Below, piece after piece: positions 12,583 through 27,457 of a DNA stretch of 64,000 bases. Under the pieces are notes generated by a model. It had not been told where the DNA came from. It did no database searches and worked only from the letters and a program-made list of their open reading frames with translations. Each line of letters starts with the position of its first letter. Within the stretch, counting starts at the first letter, position 1. A program made the position numbers and the translations under genes. Source of the DNA: the human T2T-CHM13v2.0 reference genome, Homo sapiens; NCBI RefSeq assembly GCF_009914755.1, contig NC_060932.1; one strand, written 5' to 3'.

Positions 12583-12944
12583 GCCCTGGAGTGAGCCTCA
12601 GGTGTGGCACACTTACTTGTTGCATAGAGGATGTGAAGAAGGCAGCAAAGGAGGCAGAGAAGGAGTGGTGAGTAGGAGCAGAGGAAAATGAGAAGAATGT
12701 GGTTTCTAGAAAGCAAGATGAGAGCTGTTCAAGAAGGAAAGTAGTTAGCTCTCTTGAATACTCCCAACAGTAATAGGAAGAGAGCAAAGTGTCCAAAATA
12801 TATTTTATTTTAAAAAATTAACCTCACAGGTTTTCAGGAACATATGTATTACATGAACAGAAGCAATCTTTTCTCAGATAATTTTATTTATAATTAATTA
12901 ATATAAGTACCGATTTAATTAACTTTAATTAAATGTGTGCAAAG

Positions 12945-13395
<451 letters not shown>

Positions 13396-14849
13396 TTACA
13401 GGCTTCCATTTTTATAACTCTAAAGCGGGGGAGTAGACCATCCAGCTTGTAAATTCCCTTCCATCTTAAGGCTGCACTGATTCTATGATCCCAGCTAGAA
13501 GCATTTATCCAGTCTTTTCTTATTGAAATTTATTAACATTAATTTTTTTTTTTAAACTTGGTTTTGGTTCCAAAAATTTGCTTAAGATTAGTGTTGCCTG
13601 CCTTAATGTGCAAAAAAAAAAAAAAAAAAAAAAAGAAAAGAAAAAAGAAAAGAAAAAGAAAACAATTTCATTTCTGACTTTTCATGATTCCAGGAAAAGC
13701 AGTGTCAGTAGCAAGACACAAGATCCCTATTTTCAGACTGCTATTATTTCTATGGCATCTTAAAGCCTGTTCCATGTTATAAATTAAGTTTTACTTTATG
13801 AGGGTACATTGTGACCAAGACGCCTAAGATAAGACTTCCTCGTCTTTTGAACTTCCCCATATTTTGGCTCTATGGCACTGGCCAACTCCAAGATCTGAAC
13901 TTTCTATCAAGAAGGTACATGTTGAAAGTGATTTGTCACCAGGCCATGAGGGCCACACTCAGGAGTCGGACCAAACTTTGATGATCTACACATGGCAAAG
14001 GTAGAGACCGGGAAATGCAGTTCCAGAAAAATCTTTTTTTTCAGTCTGTTTCAGCCCTCATGAATACTTCCAAACTATCTTTTAAATAGATAGTAAAAAC
14101 TGTAGAAAATTGTATTAATAGCTTAAGTCATGTGTAGTCATAAGAGATAAATGATTAACAGCACAGGAAGCTAATAAACGACCAGCTGACTAATACGCCC
14201 TGGGGAAATGTAGTTGCTGAAGGCCTAAGCGATAAATGTCGCCATCACTTTTTAACAGATAACTAAGACTTCCTAACCTTTCCTGGTAGTCAAGACTATT
14301 TTAGGGATGAAATTCTTAAAGTAACAAGCATTACTAGAAAATGGAATTATTAGGTTGGTGGAAAAGGAATTGTGATTTTTGTCTATGAAAATAATGGCAA
14401 AAACTGCAATTACTTTCACACAAACCAAATAATTTAGATCCAGTGACTTATTTTCTTTCCCTGAATTTACTTTTTGAAATTCTCCTTTTTGTTAATTCCA
14501 GTGATAGGCTTGTCAGCCCCCTGAGAAGAGCAAGTTAAAGATTTTCCGTCTCACCTTTGAGGTATGTGTTAAGCAGATAGAAAACACGAGGCCTCTTAAA
14601 CCATCAGTGAGTGACGATACCTAACTGGGTGCCATGTCCCAGTAGGTGTTGAGTAGACAGCCGAGAAAACAAACGCACACACAAAGAGGAATCATGTGCT
14701 CGGTGGATGTAAAAAATGAACAGGGATAAAAATTGAAAAGGCATGGTGTCTACACCTAAGTAAAAAAAAAAAAAAAAAAAAAAAATTGAAAGGTACCATT
14801 TTCCTCCTAGCAAATATAAAAATACCCATATAAATGAGGACTCCTTTAC

Positions 14850-15789
<940 letters not shown>

Positions 15790-17236
15790 TTCCTTTTCTA
15801 CATAAATACATTCATGATATTAATTTATTGTTGGTTCAGTGTCATTAGAGGAATAGGAAGCCCTATTAAGGCAAGGTTTGTTTAAAACTAATTAGTACAA
15901 TAAAGACCATTAAGTTGAAAGGAACATTTTTATTTGGTTGAAAAGATATGCAAAAGCCTTCTTGTACAAAATTCAACTGCATTGTGTAGGCATGTGAACA
16001 TTGCTCAACACCAACAATATTAAAACCCCAGAGGCCTAGTTATAGATATTATATACACTGCTGGATTTTCAATTTGGTGAAATTGTGTCTAGGGCAACCA
16101 CCCAAGGTGAGGGTGTCCTGTGGTCCATAGTCAAGCTGCCTGAGGGTGGTTGGAATAGAGGTGAAGGCCAGAAGTCAGAACACCTTGGGTTGGCAAGGTT
16201 CCCTATAGCTGTACTATTGAGTTGAAAGAAGGTTTTGGTATTTCAAGGTTATTATAACCCTCCTCTGCATTTCATTCCAGTTGATAACCTCTAGATGTTC
16301 TATAAATATCTGTTTAAACCAAACTCACCTGCTTACCTGCCTACTATGTTCTGGGCACTATGCAGATTCTAACAATGTAAGTGATAAAGTCATTATTGGT
16401 ATCATTGATTGTATCATTGGTGAAAAAGACATAGAAGCATCATTTCCTACAATGTGGAAGGTGCTATGGTGTAGGCAAACCTGCTGTTAGGACTGTGTGC
16501 ACCAGGGCACTTATTCTGGTATGGGGGAGTTACCATACCATAGTTCAAATTTTGGCCAATGGGAGGTTGAAAACAAGAAGGATCCAATAAATCAATACCT
16601 CACTCCTCCTTCTTTTAAGTAGCTCTTCTGAGGTGCAGGGATTTCATATTACCTCTGAGATGTATCACACAGGACTGAGCAGCTGACTTTTCTGGAAAGG
16701 CTGTGCCTACTCGGTAATATAATATTTGCTTGAGCTGCATTTGCTGTTGGTCCTTTCCTGTCTCATATTGTTTACTCTCAATTTTGCTGTCCTGGGATTG
16801 TACCCCCTGTTAATGTGTTTGCATATACTTTATCTTTTTTTCTAGAGAATTGGAGCTAAGATACTCTTTTTTAAATGTTTGGAATATTATCCCTGGGTGC
16901 TATGGGGTACATAACCTAAGGTGAATATGAGTTGAGGAGGGTTGGGGAGGGAGATGAAATCAGGAAAGGCTTCCAGAAGGAGGTGACCCTGGAATAGGGT
17001 TTATAAGGAAGAGTAAGACACAGTTGTGCAAAGTGGGGTTGATAAGAGAAGATGAAACAACATGAGCAAAAATACAGGGACATGGAGCTATGGGATAAGA
17101 TTTCTAATTGGAAAGCTAGTAGAAGAGGTGATGTCTTGAAGTCTTAATTACATTACTGCTGGGGCAGAGAAAAGTCTGCTTTAACCTCTCTCTCCATTAA
17201 GCCTTCCACTAAGGAGGAGATAAGAAGTGAGAAGAT

Positions 17237-17545
<309 letters not shown>

Positions 17546-18372
17546 GAAGTGAGAAGATTTAGGAATACCCTGGAGTTTGTACCCCAGTGGACTGAGCATG
17601 GAACCTGGCTCACAGGCATAAACCCCTTAATGTTGGCTCATACAATGGGGACTTTTTGTTTGGTTTAATTTGTTGCCCATCACTTTTATGTAAAAATGAG
17701 GAACTTTATTTGCCTTGAAAAATCAGATCCTCTATATAAAATCAAATGATAAGGGCTGAGCAGCACATGCCCACTTGGATGAAGCATGAGTGCTCAATTC
17801 CATGCAGTCCCCACCACTCCCTGATCTGGCTCCTGTTACTTATTCACATTACATGAACTGCCTGGCCTCTTGAGCATCAGAGTTTGCAATTCTGGGAATT
17901 CACTCAATATTGGGTACTTTTGAAGAGCTATAGGAAACATGTCTACATATCCCAAAGATATACAATACAAAGATGAGGGTGGTAATAACCACTGTATTCA
18001 GTTTACTTGGCCAATAAGATAATTTGTTCTCTACAATGAAAACTATAAAACAGTGATGAAAGAAATTGAAGAGGACACTAATAAATGGAAAGATATCCTG
18101 TGTTCATGAATTAATGTTAATTAATTATGTTAATATGTTAAAATGTCTATACTACCCAAAGTGACCTACAGATTCAATGCAAATCCTATCAAACTACCAA
18201 ATGACATTTTTCACAGAAATAGAAAAAACAATCCTGAAATTCATAAGGAACCACAAAAGATCCTGAATAGCCAAAGCAATCTTGAACAAAAAGTATAAAG
18301 TTGGGAGGCCTCATACTATCTGACTTTAAAATATACTACAAAGCGATAGTAACCAAAATAGCATGGCCCTGG

Positions 18373-19926
18373 TATCACAGGATCTGTAGGGTGTCACTTT
18401 TCCACCTGGAAACCTCTGTGGCTGGTGGAAACTTTGCCTGGTTTTGCTTGGGCTCACTGGGCTCATTTCACCCACTCGGCCTGGCAGGCTACACTCAGGA
18501 GTTCTACTGGACCAGATCCCATGCTTGCCAAGGGTGTGCCAGGTGTGGAGTGCTGAGGGGTGTGTGAGTGAGTGCAGGGTCTGGCCACTGCGTACAGCCA
18601 GGTGTGCTGGCTGCAGCGGGGCAGGCAGCTCCAGGTGCTGGCACAAGCACTGGGTTTGTGCTAGGCTGTGGCTGGACCAGGTGTACAGCAAAATGGTTAG
18701 ACTGTGGGCACCAGGAAATGCGGTGGTGCCCGGAAGGGAAGTTTGGAGATGTTAGGAACCGCAGAGCCCCAGGAGGGTTTCACAGCCCTGGCTTGGAAGC
18801 CTCTAGGTCTGGGCTCCCCAAAGGGCTGCAGCTCTTCTCTCTTTCTTGTTGCCTGCAACTTGGCAAGCCAGGGGCCTGTTTCAGCCTTGTTTGTGTTACA
18901 GCTCTTTCAGTCCCACCATTCGGTGGGTCCCGAATTGTTGTCCCATGTCCAAGAAGAATGAGGTATGCAAACAACTGGAGGGTGAGCAAGGCAGAGAGGA
19001 GCTTCGTTGAGTGACAGAACAGCTCTCAGGAGACCCAATGTTGGTAGCTCCTTTCTGCAGGCAAGTTGTCCTCATGAATGTCCAGCTCTCAGTGGAGAGG
19101 AGACCTGCAGTGGGTAGCTCCTTTCTGCAGGCAGGTTGTCCCAATGTCTGTGTGAGTCTGACTGGGTCTGGGGTTTTTATGGGCTCAGAAGGGAGGAAGT
19201 GCATGCTTATTGGACGATGGGTGGCCATGGGCAGGTCTGGAAAAAGCACCATAAGTTCTCACTCCAGGCCATGGACTCCACCTGGAACTGATGGCCTGGC
19301 ACCTAGGCTACACGCTGGCCCTGGATTGAAAGTGGAGCTTCACCAGGGACTCACTCCTTTCCACCTAGGAGCCTGTCTGCCTCCTGCTGCCATCGACAGG
19401 TTGTCCATGGCACCCAGGCTGTTCATGCAGAGGGGCGCCGGTAGCCCCACGCCAACCTGCCCTCAGCCCCCCTCAGTCTCTGTCCTGTGCTCATCAGTGT
19501 CCAAAGTCCAGAGGGGGCTGAGGCAGCAAGAGGCTGGCGTGTCTGCACCACCCTGAGTGCATGCACAGCTGGCCAGATTGTGATGGTGCCCAGGCTGGGC
19601 CACAACTTTGCTCTGAAATCCGAGTGGGTGCAGGAAGCCACAAGAGGCCAGGGAAAGGGAGCAGGCACTTCTAAGCCTGTGGGGGAAGTGGGGCTTACCA
19701 GGCCCCTGAGAAAGCAGGGATACCAAGGTCTGAAGCTGCAGCTGACCGGCTGCAGCTGTGACAGGGAGCATGGGATTTCCATCACTTTAACTCAGTAGGA
19801 GGTGGGCTCCCGCCTGTTTTGCCCCTACTGGCTCCACAGAGCTCTGTGCACAGCCTCTGCCATGCCTCCCCTGCTGCAGCTGGCATCCTCACAGCTGCTG
19901 CTCCAGACAGGCCACTGCCACCATCA
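18373..19926 (-). mobile_element. MER52-family (ERV1) long solo LTR
   Basis: GC-rich 1.55 kb whose minus strand begins tgatggtggcagtggcctgtctggagc (MER52-like); 4-bp TSD CTGG at 18369-18372 and 19927-19930; the L1 resumes exactly. Confidence 0.8.
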
Positions 19927-19990
19927 CTGGCATAAAAACAGTCACATGGACCAATAGGACAGAATAGATAACCCAGAAGTAAATTCACAC

Positions 19991-20271
19991 AAGAGAGATT
20001 GGCTAAAGGGTACAAAAATACAGTCAGATAATGGGAATAAGTTCACATTAGGGTGACAATAGTTAACAGTAATTCATTGTATACTTCAAAATAGCTGGAA
20101 GAGAAGATTTGAAATGTTTCCAACACAAAGAAGTGATAAATGTTTGAGGCAATGGATATCCCTTATTACCCTGATTTAATCATGACACAATAAATGTATG
20201 TATCAAAACATCACATGTACCTTATAAAGAGGTTCAATTATTATCAACAAAAATTTAAAATTAAAATTAAA
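19991..20271 (+). mobile_element. Second L1MA 3' end inserted in the host L1
   Basis: L1 3'UTR motifs and A-rich tail, flanked by degenerate duplication cagaagtaaattcac / cagaaataaatcccc. Confidence 0.7.
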
Positions 20272-21167
20272 CAGAAATAAATCCCCATTTTTATAGCCAA
20301 CACACACATTGCCAAGCGCACACATGGGGAAAGGACTGTCTCTTTAATAAACAGTGCTGGGAAAACTGAATAGCCATATGCAGGAGAATGAAACTAGATT
20401 ACTATCTCTCACTGTTGAAAAAATCAACTTCAGATGGATTAAAGACCTAAATGTAAGACCAGAAACTAATAAAGTACTAGAAGAAAACACAGGGAAAATG
20501 CTTTATGACATCAATCTGGGCAAGAGTTTTTTGGATAAGACCTCAAAAGCACAGGGAACAAAAGCAAAAATAGATGTAGGAGATTACATCAAGCTAAGAA
20601 GCTTCTGCACAGCAAAGGAAATAATCAACACAGTGAAGAGACAACCTACAGAATGGTTAATATCTAGAATACATAACAAGCTCAACTCAATAGCAAAACA
20701 AAAACAAAAACAAAAACAATCAGATTTAAAAATGGGCAAAAGATCTGAATAGACATATCTCAAAGGAAGATATGCAAATGGCCAACAGGTATATGAAAAA
20801 TTGCTCAACATAATTCATCATCAGGGAAATGCAAGTCAAAATCACAATGAGATATAACCTCACCCCAGTCAGAATAGGTATTACCAAATAGACAAAACAA
20901 TAAATGCTGGCAAAGATGTGGAGAAAGGAGAAGTCTTATACACTATTGGTGGGAATGTCAATTAGTACAACTACTATGGAAAACAGCATGGAGTTTCATC
21001 AAAAAGTTAAAAATAGAGCTACCATATAACCCAACAATCCCACTAGTAGATACATATCCAAAGGAAATAAAACCAGTATGACAAAGAGATAACTGCACTC
21101 CCATGCATATTACAGCACTATTCATAATAGCCAAGATATAAAATCAACCTAAGTGTCCATCAGTGGA

Positions 21168-21519
21168 TGTATTAGTCTGTTCTCATGCTGCTGATAAAGA
21201 CATACCCAGGACTGGGTAATTTATAAAGAAAAAGAGGTTTAATGGACTCACAGTTCCATGTGGCTGGGTAGGCCTCACAATCATGGCAGAAGGTGAAAGG
21301 CACATCTTACATGGTGGCAGGCAAGAGAGAGCTTGTGCAGGGGAACCCCTCTTTATAAAACCATCTGATCTCGTGAGACTTATTCAGTATCACAGGAACA
21401 GCATCGAAAAGACCTGCCCTCGTGATTGAATGACCTCCTACCAGGTCTCTCCCACAACACATGGGAATTATAGGAGCTACAATTTGAGATTTGGGTGGGG
21501 ACACGGCCAAACCATATCA
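21168..21519 (-). mobile_element. THE1 (ERVL-MaLR) solo LTR
   Basis: tgtattagtctgttctcatgctgctgataaagacatacc...gggtggggacacggccaaaccatatca; ~350 bp, TG...CA termini. Confidence 0.9.
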
Positions 21520-23413
21520 ACTGATAAATAAATTTTAAAAATATACACAATGGAACCCTATTCAGCTATAGAAAAGAATGAGATCCTGTCATTTTCAATA
21601 ACATGAATGGACCTAGAGGACATTATGTTAAGTGAAATAAGCCATGAACAGAAGGACAAATACTGGATGACCTCAGTCATATCCACATATGAATCTAAAG
21701 AAGTTCATCCTGTAGAAGTAAAGAGTAGAACAGTGGTTATCTGAGGCTGAAGAGGGGAGAGGGAGATGGGAGAGGTTGGTCCACCTAGATAGGAGGAATA
21801 AGTTCTGGTGTTCTATTGCACAGTAGGGTGATTATAGCAAACAATGATGCATATTTCAAAATAGCTAGAAGAGGATTTTGAATATTCTCATCACAAAGAA
21901 ATGACAAATGTTTGAGGTGATGGATATGCTAATTGCTCTGAGTTGATCATTACACAATGTATACATGTATTGAAACATCACATTGTACCCTATAAATATG
22001 TACAATTATTATGTGTTAATTGAAAAAATTTTTTTGAAGAGCCAACTTTTTTTTTCAGACTCAACTTTTTGTCAAGGTTTGACCCAGCATAAAGGAGCTA
22101 GAAATGCAGTATGCTAAAAAGGCACTGGCCTGGGTTCTAATCCTGACCTAGCCATGGCTGCGTTGTGCAGAACACAACTTTTGTGAGTCTCAGTTTCCTC
22201 ATCTATAAAGTAAGAGTGTATCTGCCAGGGTTTTATTTGCAAACGATAGGAGCTGACACTGGCTGAATTAAGGATTTTTGAAAAAAGATTTACTAAACAA
22301 TATAGGATCTCTCAACAAACATCTGAGAAGGCTACAGAACCAGGTCTGGAACTTCAGAGTCAGGAACAACACCAAAAACCATACACCAAAATTGGACAAG
22401 TGAGAAAATCCCTGCCACCTCAGCTGCCCAGGGCTGGATGTCCCTGCAGCCCCAGGAGCTCATCTTATTGGGACTGAGAAGATTCACACAGTCCCTGCTT
22501 CCTTTCAGCACCAGCTTCGGATTCAGACTCAAGCATGAGCATATCTGATCAATGCAGCTGAGGTCACATGCTCAGGTGTTAGGTGCAAAGGTAGCTGGGA
22601 GTGAGAATATTTGGCATTTATAGGGAGGTGGGTTCAGCCAAATGAATGGCAAAAAATCCCATAGAAAGGGGTTGGATATCTAAGTTCCTCTCTAAATCTG
22701 AGGCTGTGCATACCACTGATTTTCAGTAATTGCTGCGTCTCTGCCAATGGAGCACATGTGAGATGATTTTAGTTGGAACATACAAAAACCTTTACTTTGA
22801 TAGCACTGCATTATTTCATGTATTTTAGGAAAATACAATTAAGATATCAAACCTGTGAATGACACAAAAGATTTGTACAAAGTGTGACAATTTAAAGAAG
22901 AGTCTTAAGTAAATGATAGTTTAGATGATACTCAAAAAATCGTATTATTCTTCAAATGACTGAGATTTTGGAAACTGGTCTAGGTAAATGCACATCTCTA
23001 AATTCCTTTTTGTGCCAAGTAATAGTAATAATATTGATGATAACAGTGATAACAAAAGTTTATACTTTTTAGTGTTGTGGGCCAGACTCTCTTCTAAGCA
23101 CTTGACATGACTTGTGGTTTTTTTTTTTAACAGCATACCAACCTTATGAGACAGTTACTATTACTATCCCCATTTTACAGATAAGGAACCTGAGGCACAA
23201 AACAGTTAACCAGAAGTCACTCAGTACACAGTCAAATGGGGAGGTGAATTCAGGCCACTACCTTCTACCTGACAACGATATGAATAGATTGGACATGGCT
23301 TCCTGTAAAATTATTGTACCTAATATCTTAGCACTAATTGAGATTAGGGGTCAGAAGCATAAAGTGAATGCTTTTACAGTACATTTTCATGCCAAGTGGT
23401 TTGTCATCTAGAG

Positions 23414-23618
23414 CAGGGTTCTCATCCTTCACTCTATTGACACTTTGGGCCAGATGCTCTTGATTGTGGGGGACTGTTCTATACACTGTAGCACAGCATC
23501 CCTGGCCCCTATCCATTAGATGCTAGTAGCACCTTCTCCAGTTGTAACAACCAAAAATGTCTCTGGACATAGCCAAATGTCCCCTGGGGACAAAACTGCC
23601 CCCAGTTGAGAACTACTG
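23414..23618 (-). mobile_element. MER20 hAT-Charlie MITE
   Basis: cagggttctca...ccaaatgtcccctggggacaaaactgccccagttgagaactactg with terminal inverted repeats; target atctagag. Confidence 0.85.
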
Positions 23619-26600
23619 GTTTAGGGAGTCTGAAGTGTCTTAGTGAAGAGTCCATTAACAATCATCAGCATGATGCAATGGTGTGACCAATTTGCTCTGG
23701 TATGTTACCTTGTGTATTCTCTCACAGTACCATGTCATTATCTGTTAATAGCAGGTGTGCTTAGCTTCTCATATCAGCAATAAATATATGGTACCAGCTT
23801 GTACCAGCTATTGGTTTTCCATGCAATGTGTGGTGAATCTTTAACTTTATGGCTTACTTATCAATGGAACAATAAGCTTCTGATTTCCCTTGAATCCAGT
23901 GGCCACACACGGAGCAAGAAACTCTAAAGGTCCTCAATCTCTTTAAATATTTAAGCCAGCCCACATTTCTTTCCCTGACTTGGTGTTTTGTCACATTTGG
24001 AATTTTTTTTCGTTCTATGTAAACATAGGACAGATTATAAACTTAGCACACTCTCCATATTTAAATATGTTCATCAGGATTTTAAAGACAAGAATTAAAA
24101 CAATGATCATGATATAATAATATATCATAAAACACTGAAGAGCTAAAAAATAAAAGGATAAATTATCACGTAGGTGGGGCTTTCTGGTCATTGACACGAG
24201 TCTAGCAAGAATGTCGCTTTATTCTTTTTATTTTAGTGTACCTTTTTCTTCCCTTACATTGCCCATATAGTCTCTGGAAGCCAAAACACCTTTTCCTCCA
24301 GTCCCTTCAGATCTATCCCGTGTTAAAACCCAGCATAAAAGCCACCTCTTTCATAATTGCTTCTAGAGGCCTTAATGAGAAGCTTCCTTTCCTTCTACTA
24401 GCATCTTGTACCAATCATTACTTTCTACTTTATATTCCACTGGGTTATATACCTGGATTCTCAAGCCTACTAGACTGTAAATTATTTAAGGGTAAAGATC
24501 ATGCCTTGTTCATCTCTGTGTCCCCAAATGCTTAATGTAGCACCTTGCACATAGAAATAGTTCAGTCCTGAAATAAGGTATCCTTTTGTTAAATTAATCC
24601 TTCTCAGATTAATTTCAGATTTCTAGAATCACAAAATCAATATTTGGCAGCAAGGCATAATCAGTTACAAACACTATTTTGTTGTTGGACTCTGAGAATC
24701 AGGGTTATGGGGGGATCTCAGTGTCAACCTCTCCATCCTCTTCCCTTATTTACAGAGTAAGAGATTTTCCCCTGGGATTTTTCTTTAGCCCTAAATATTT
24801 AACTGCTTTCTGTCTCTTTCACACTTGAGAATTAATCACAATCTTTGGTATTCACTTCAGTGGTGGAGTCCATGAAGCAATCTTTAGCCCTATACTCTTT
24901 GTAGCCTGGGTCAGAATTATCTGCCTAAAATAATCCCACCAAAACTTTGATTCTTTAAAAGATTCACAGTTCCCATCAGAGATAGGCTCTTCAGTAAGTC
25001 ATAGTTTTGGTCCTCTTGGTTATTTCTCTTTCTGAGTGATCCGTGAAAGCCTGCTTTCCTTCACCTCATGACAGGCTCTGCTGTGTGACAGCCAGGGATG
25101 CTAATGTGTGGATACTGATGCTATCTTAGCAGGCAGATAGCGAGGGATTATCACTCCAGTTCAGTCTTGCTCCTTATCTCCCATGTGCGGAAAATAGGTC
25201 TTGCTTCAGACTAAAGCTGGTAGTTGTTTTGGGTTGAAAATGTTCATATGTGACTAATCATATACACAAAGAAAATGTGGCTGCTTTATTTCCTGAAGTG
25301 GACCTAATCATTCTTATACTGTCATTCCACTGGCTAGTGGTGGGAGTCGGGGAAGCTTAAATCTATCAATTGAAAGGCTCTTATTTGGCCTCTTTCTGTT
25401 TAAATATAGTCATCTCACTGGGAGTATGGTTTCTACTGGAGATGCTCTCTCTTGAAGATTTCAACTTCCTCCCCTGTTTCCCCCCAAGATATGCCAATGG
25501 GAGCTAAAAGAATTCAGAAAACCCTTTCTCAACAAAGCCTGGCTTTTAAGCCTACTGTCTTGCTCAGACTCAAAAATCCTAGTTTCTATTTCAAAAGCTG
25601 AACTTTGACTTTGTCTTGGGCTTTCTTTGTAATAATCCTTATTTTCTCAAAGGCAAATAGATGTCTCTGGCTTCTTGATTAATCTTTTTCTGACTTTTGT
25701 TTTCCTGGGCCTACTTTTACCAGGTACACAGTTCAGCTAGCTTTCTATATCCCTAAAAAAAAGAAAAGAGAAATAAAATATTATCCATTAAGGCTATATC
25801 ATTTCTAAAAACATGTGGTAATTAATGACTTTATTAAATCTAAAAGAAAGAGAAGTCAACATTTCTGTTCTTCAGAGAGAAGAAATGCTTACGTAGACCT
25901 GGCCAAGAAATAGCCAATTTATGTTTTTCCAGGATTAGTTGTAGTTGTAGCCAAGAAAGTGTCCTATCTCTCACTCACATCTTGTTTATAGAGGTCACGA
26001 AACAATCCTACTATACTTGAACTTAATCCCTAATCACAGTTTACACTAGTAGACAAATTTGTATTTCTTGTTAGACAGTTAAGAGATTACGTGTTGCTAA
26101 AGGTGTAAAGTTTGAATGGTGTAATGTAGAAGGAAACAAAAACAATTTCATTTTAGCCAAGTTCCAAGGCATTGTAACAATATACCCAAATAAGCTAAAA
26201 AGATCCAAGTTGGCCCGGTGCCATCTGTGTAACACATACTCAGATAATTTCCATATTGGTCCAATAGTGTGTAATTCTTTATTTATCTCCCAGTTTTCCT
26301 GATTGTTATCAAGGGGTAGAGAAATTATTTCCTTGGTCTACATGAATGTTGAATAGATGGCTGCTTACTTCTTACACTAAAAGCTTAGATTGGGTAATTG
26401 TTTTGCATATGCAAAAATTATTATATGCAATCATGGAATTATTGAGTTGTAGAGTTAGGATTGGACATTAGAAGTTATCCTTGTTCAGTCTCCTCATTTT
26501 ACAAATTCATTTTAGCAAATGCTTATTGAGTACCTGAGGCCCAAAGAGGCCTGATAAATGGTGGTCAACTTTTGTTGTACATTGGAATTACCTGGGGATA

Positions 26601-27154
26601 TTTTTTTAAAATGCAGCACCGAGCTTATCCCTCGGAAAGATTTCACTCTGTCACCCAAGCTGGAGTGCAGTGGCCCTTTGAGGCTCATTACAGTCTCAAA
26701 CTCCTGAGCTCAAGTGAACCTCAGCCTCCCAGTGATCTTTGTAGACAGCCTGATGGAGTCTCACAGCAGAGATTAATTAAACAATGTCTTCCAATTTTAA
26801 TAAATTTCTGCAATCCGCCTCCCAAAAAATGCAGCATCTAGACTTTAACCCCAGAAACTCTGACATAGTTGACCTGCTGTGAGATCTAGACATTTGTAGT
26901 TTAAACAACTTTTCAGGCAATTCTTATGCTCCTAGTACTACCCCCACCCTTTTAAAAAACTGGCATTCAAGTTATTTATTCTGCATCTTATCCCTTCAAG
27001 ATTACCCATATACTTACATTAACTAACTTGAGGAAGAAATGTAAAAAAAAACGAGAACCCTCCAGATGGCATTCACTTCCACTGGGCTTCATCATCTTAT
27101 GCCTTTTGCCTGTTTTTCCAGCTAGTCCAACCTTTTCTAAAAAATAAAATTGAT

Positions 27155-27457
<303 letters not shown>

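Larger units (their letters stand above)
11250..12800 (+). mobile_element. Degenerate L2 fragments
   Basis: ttgagggcctactatgtgtcagg, gagtgacatgatctga, ttgctgatgggttgga and gtggagatgtcaag are typical L2 motifs. Boundaries approximate; strand uncertain. Confidence 0.55.
18030..22030 (+). mobile_element. L1MA/PB-type LINE (3' ORF2 and 3'UTR) hosting three nested insertions
   Basis: ORF2 remnants (e.g. [12 protein letters not shown]...[11 protein letters not shown] in ORF 20354-20752) are collinear across the insertions; 3'UTR ends ~22030. Confidence 0.88.

Noticed and set aside
11212-12796. HT/VC-repeat and E/G/R- or P/S-rich ORFs
   Set aside because: Translations of (TG)n and polypurine low-complexity tracts.
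18301-19800. Cluster of 85-181 aa ORFs suggesting a hidden gene
   Set aside because: They lie almost entirely within the GC-rich MER52-like LTR, where stop codons are rare.
20354-20752. 132-aa ORF with clear protein homology
   Set aside because: Decayed L1 ORF2 fragment, not a host gene.
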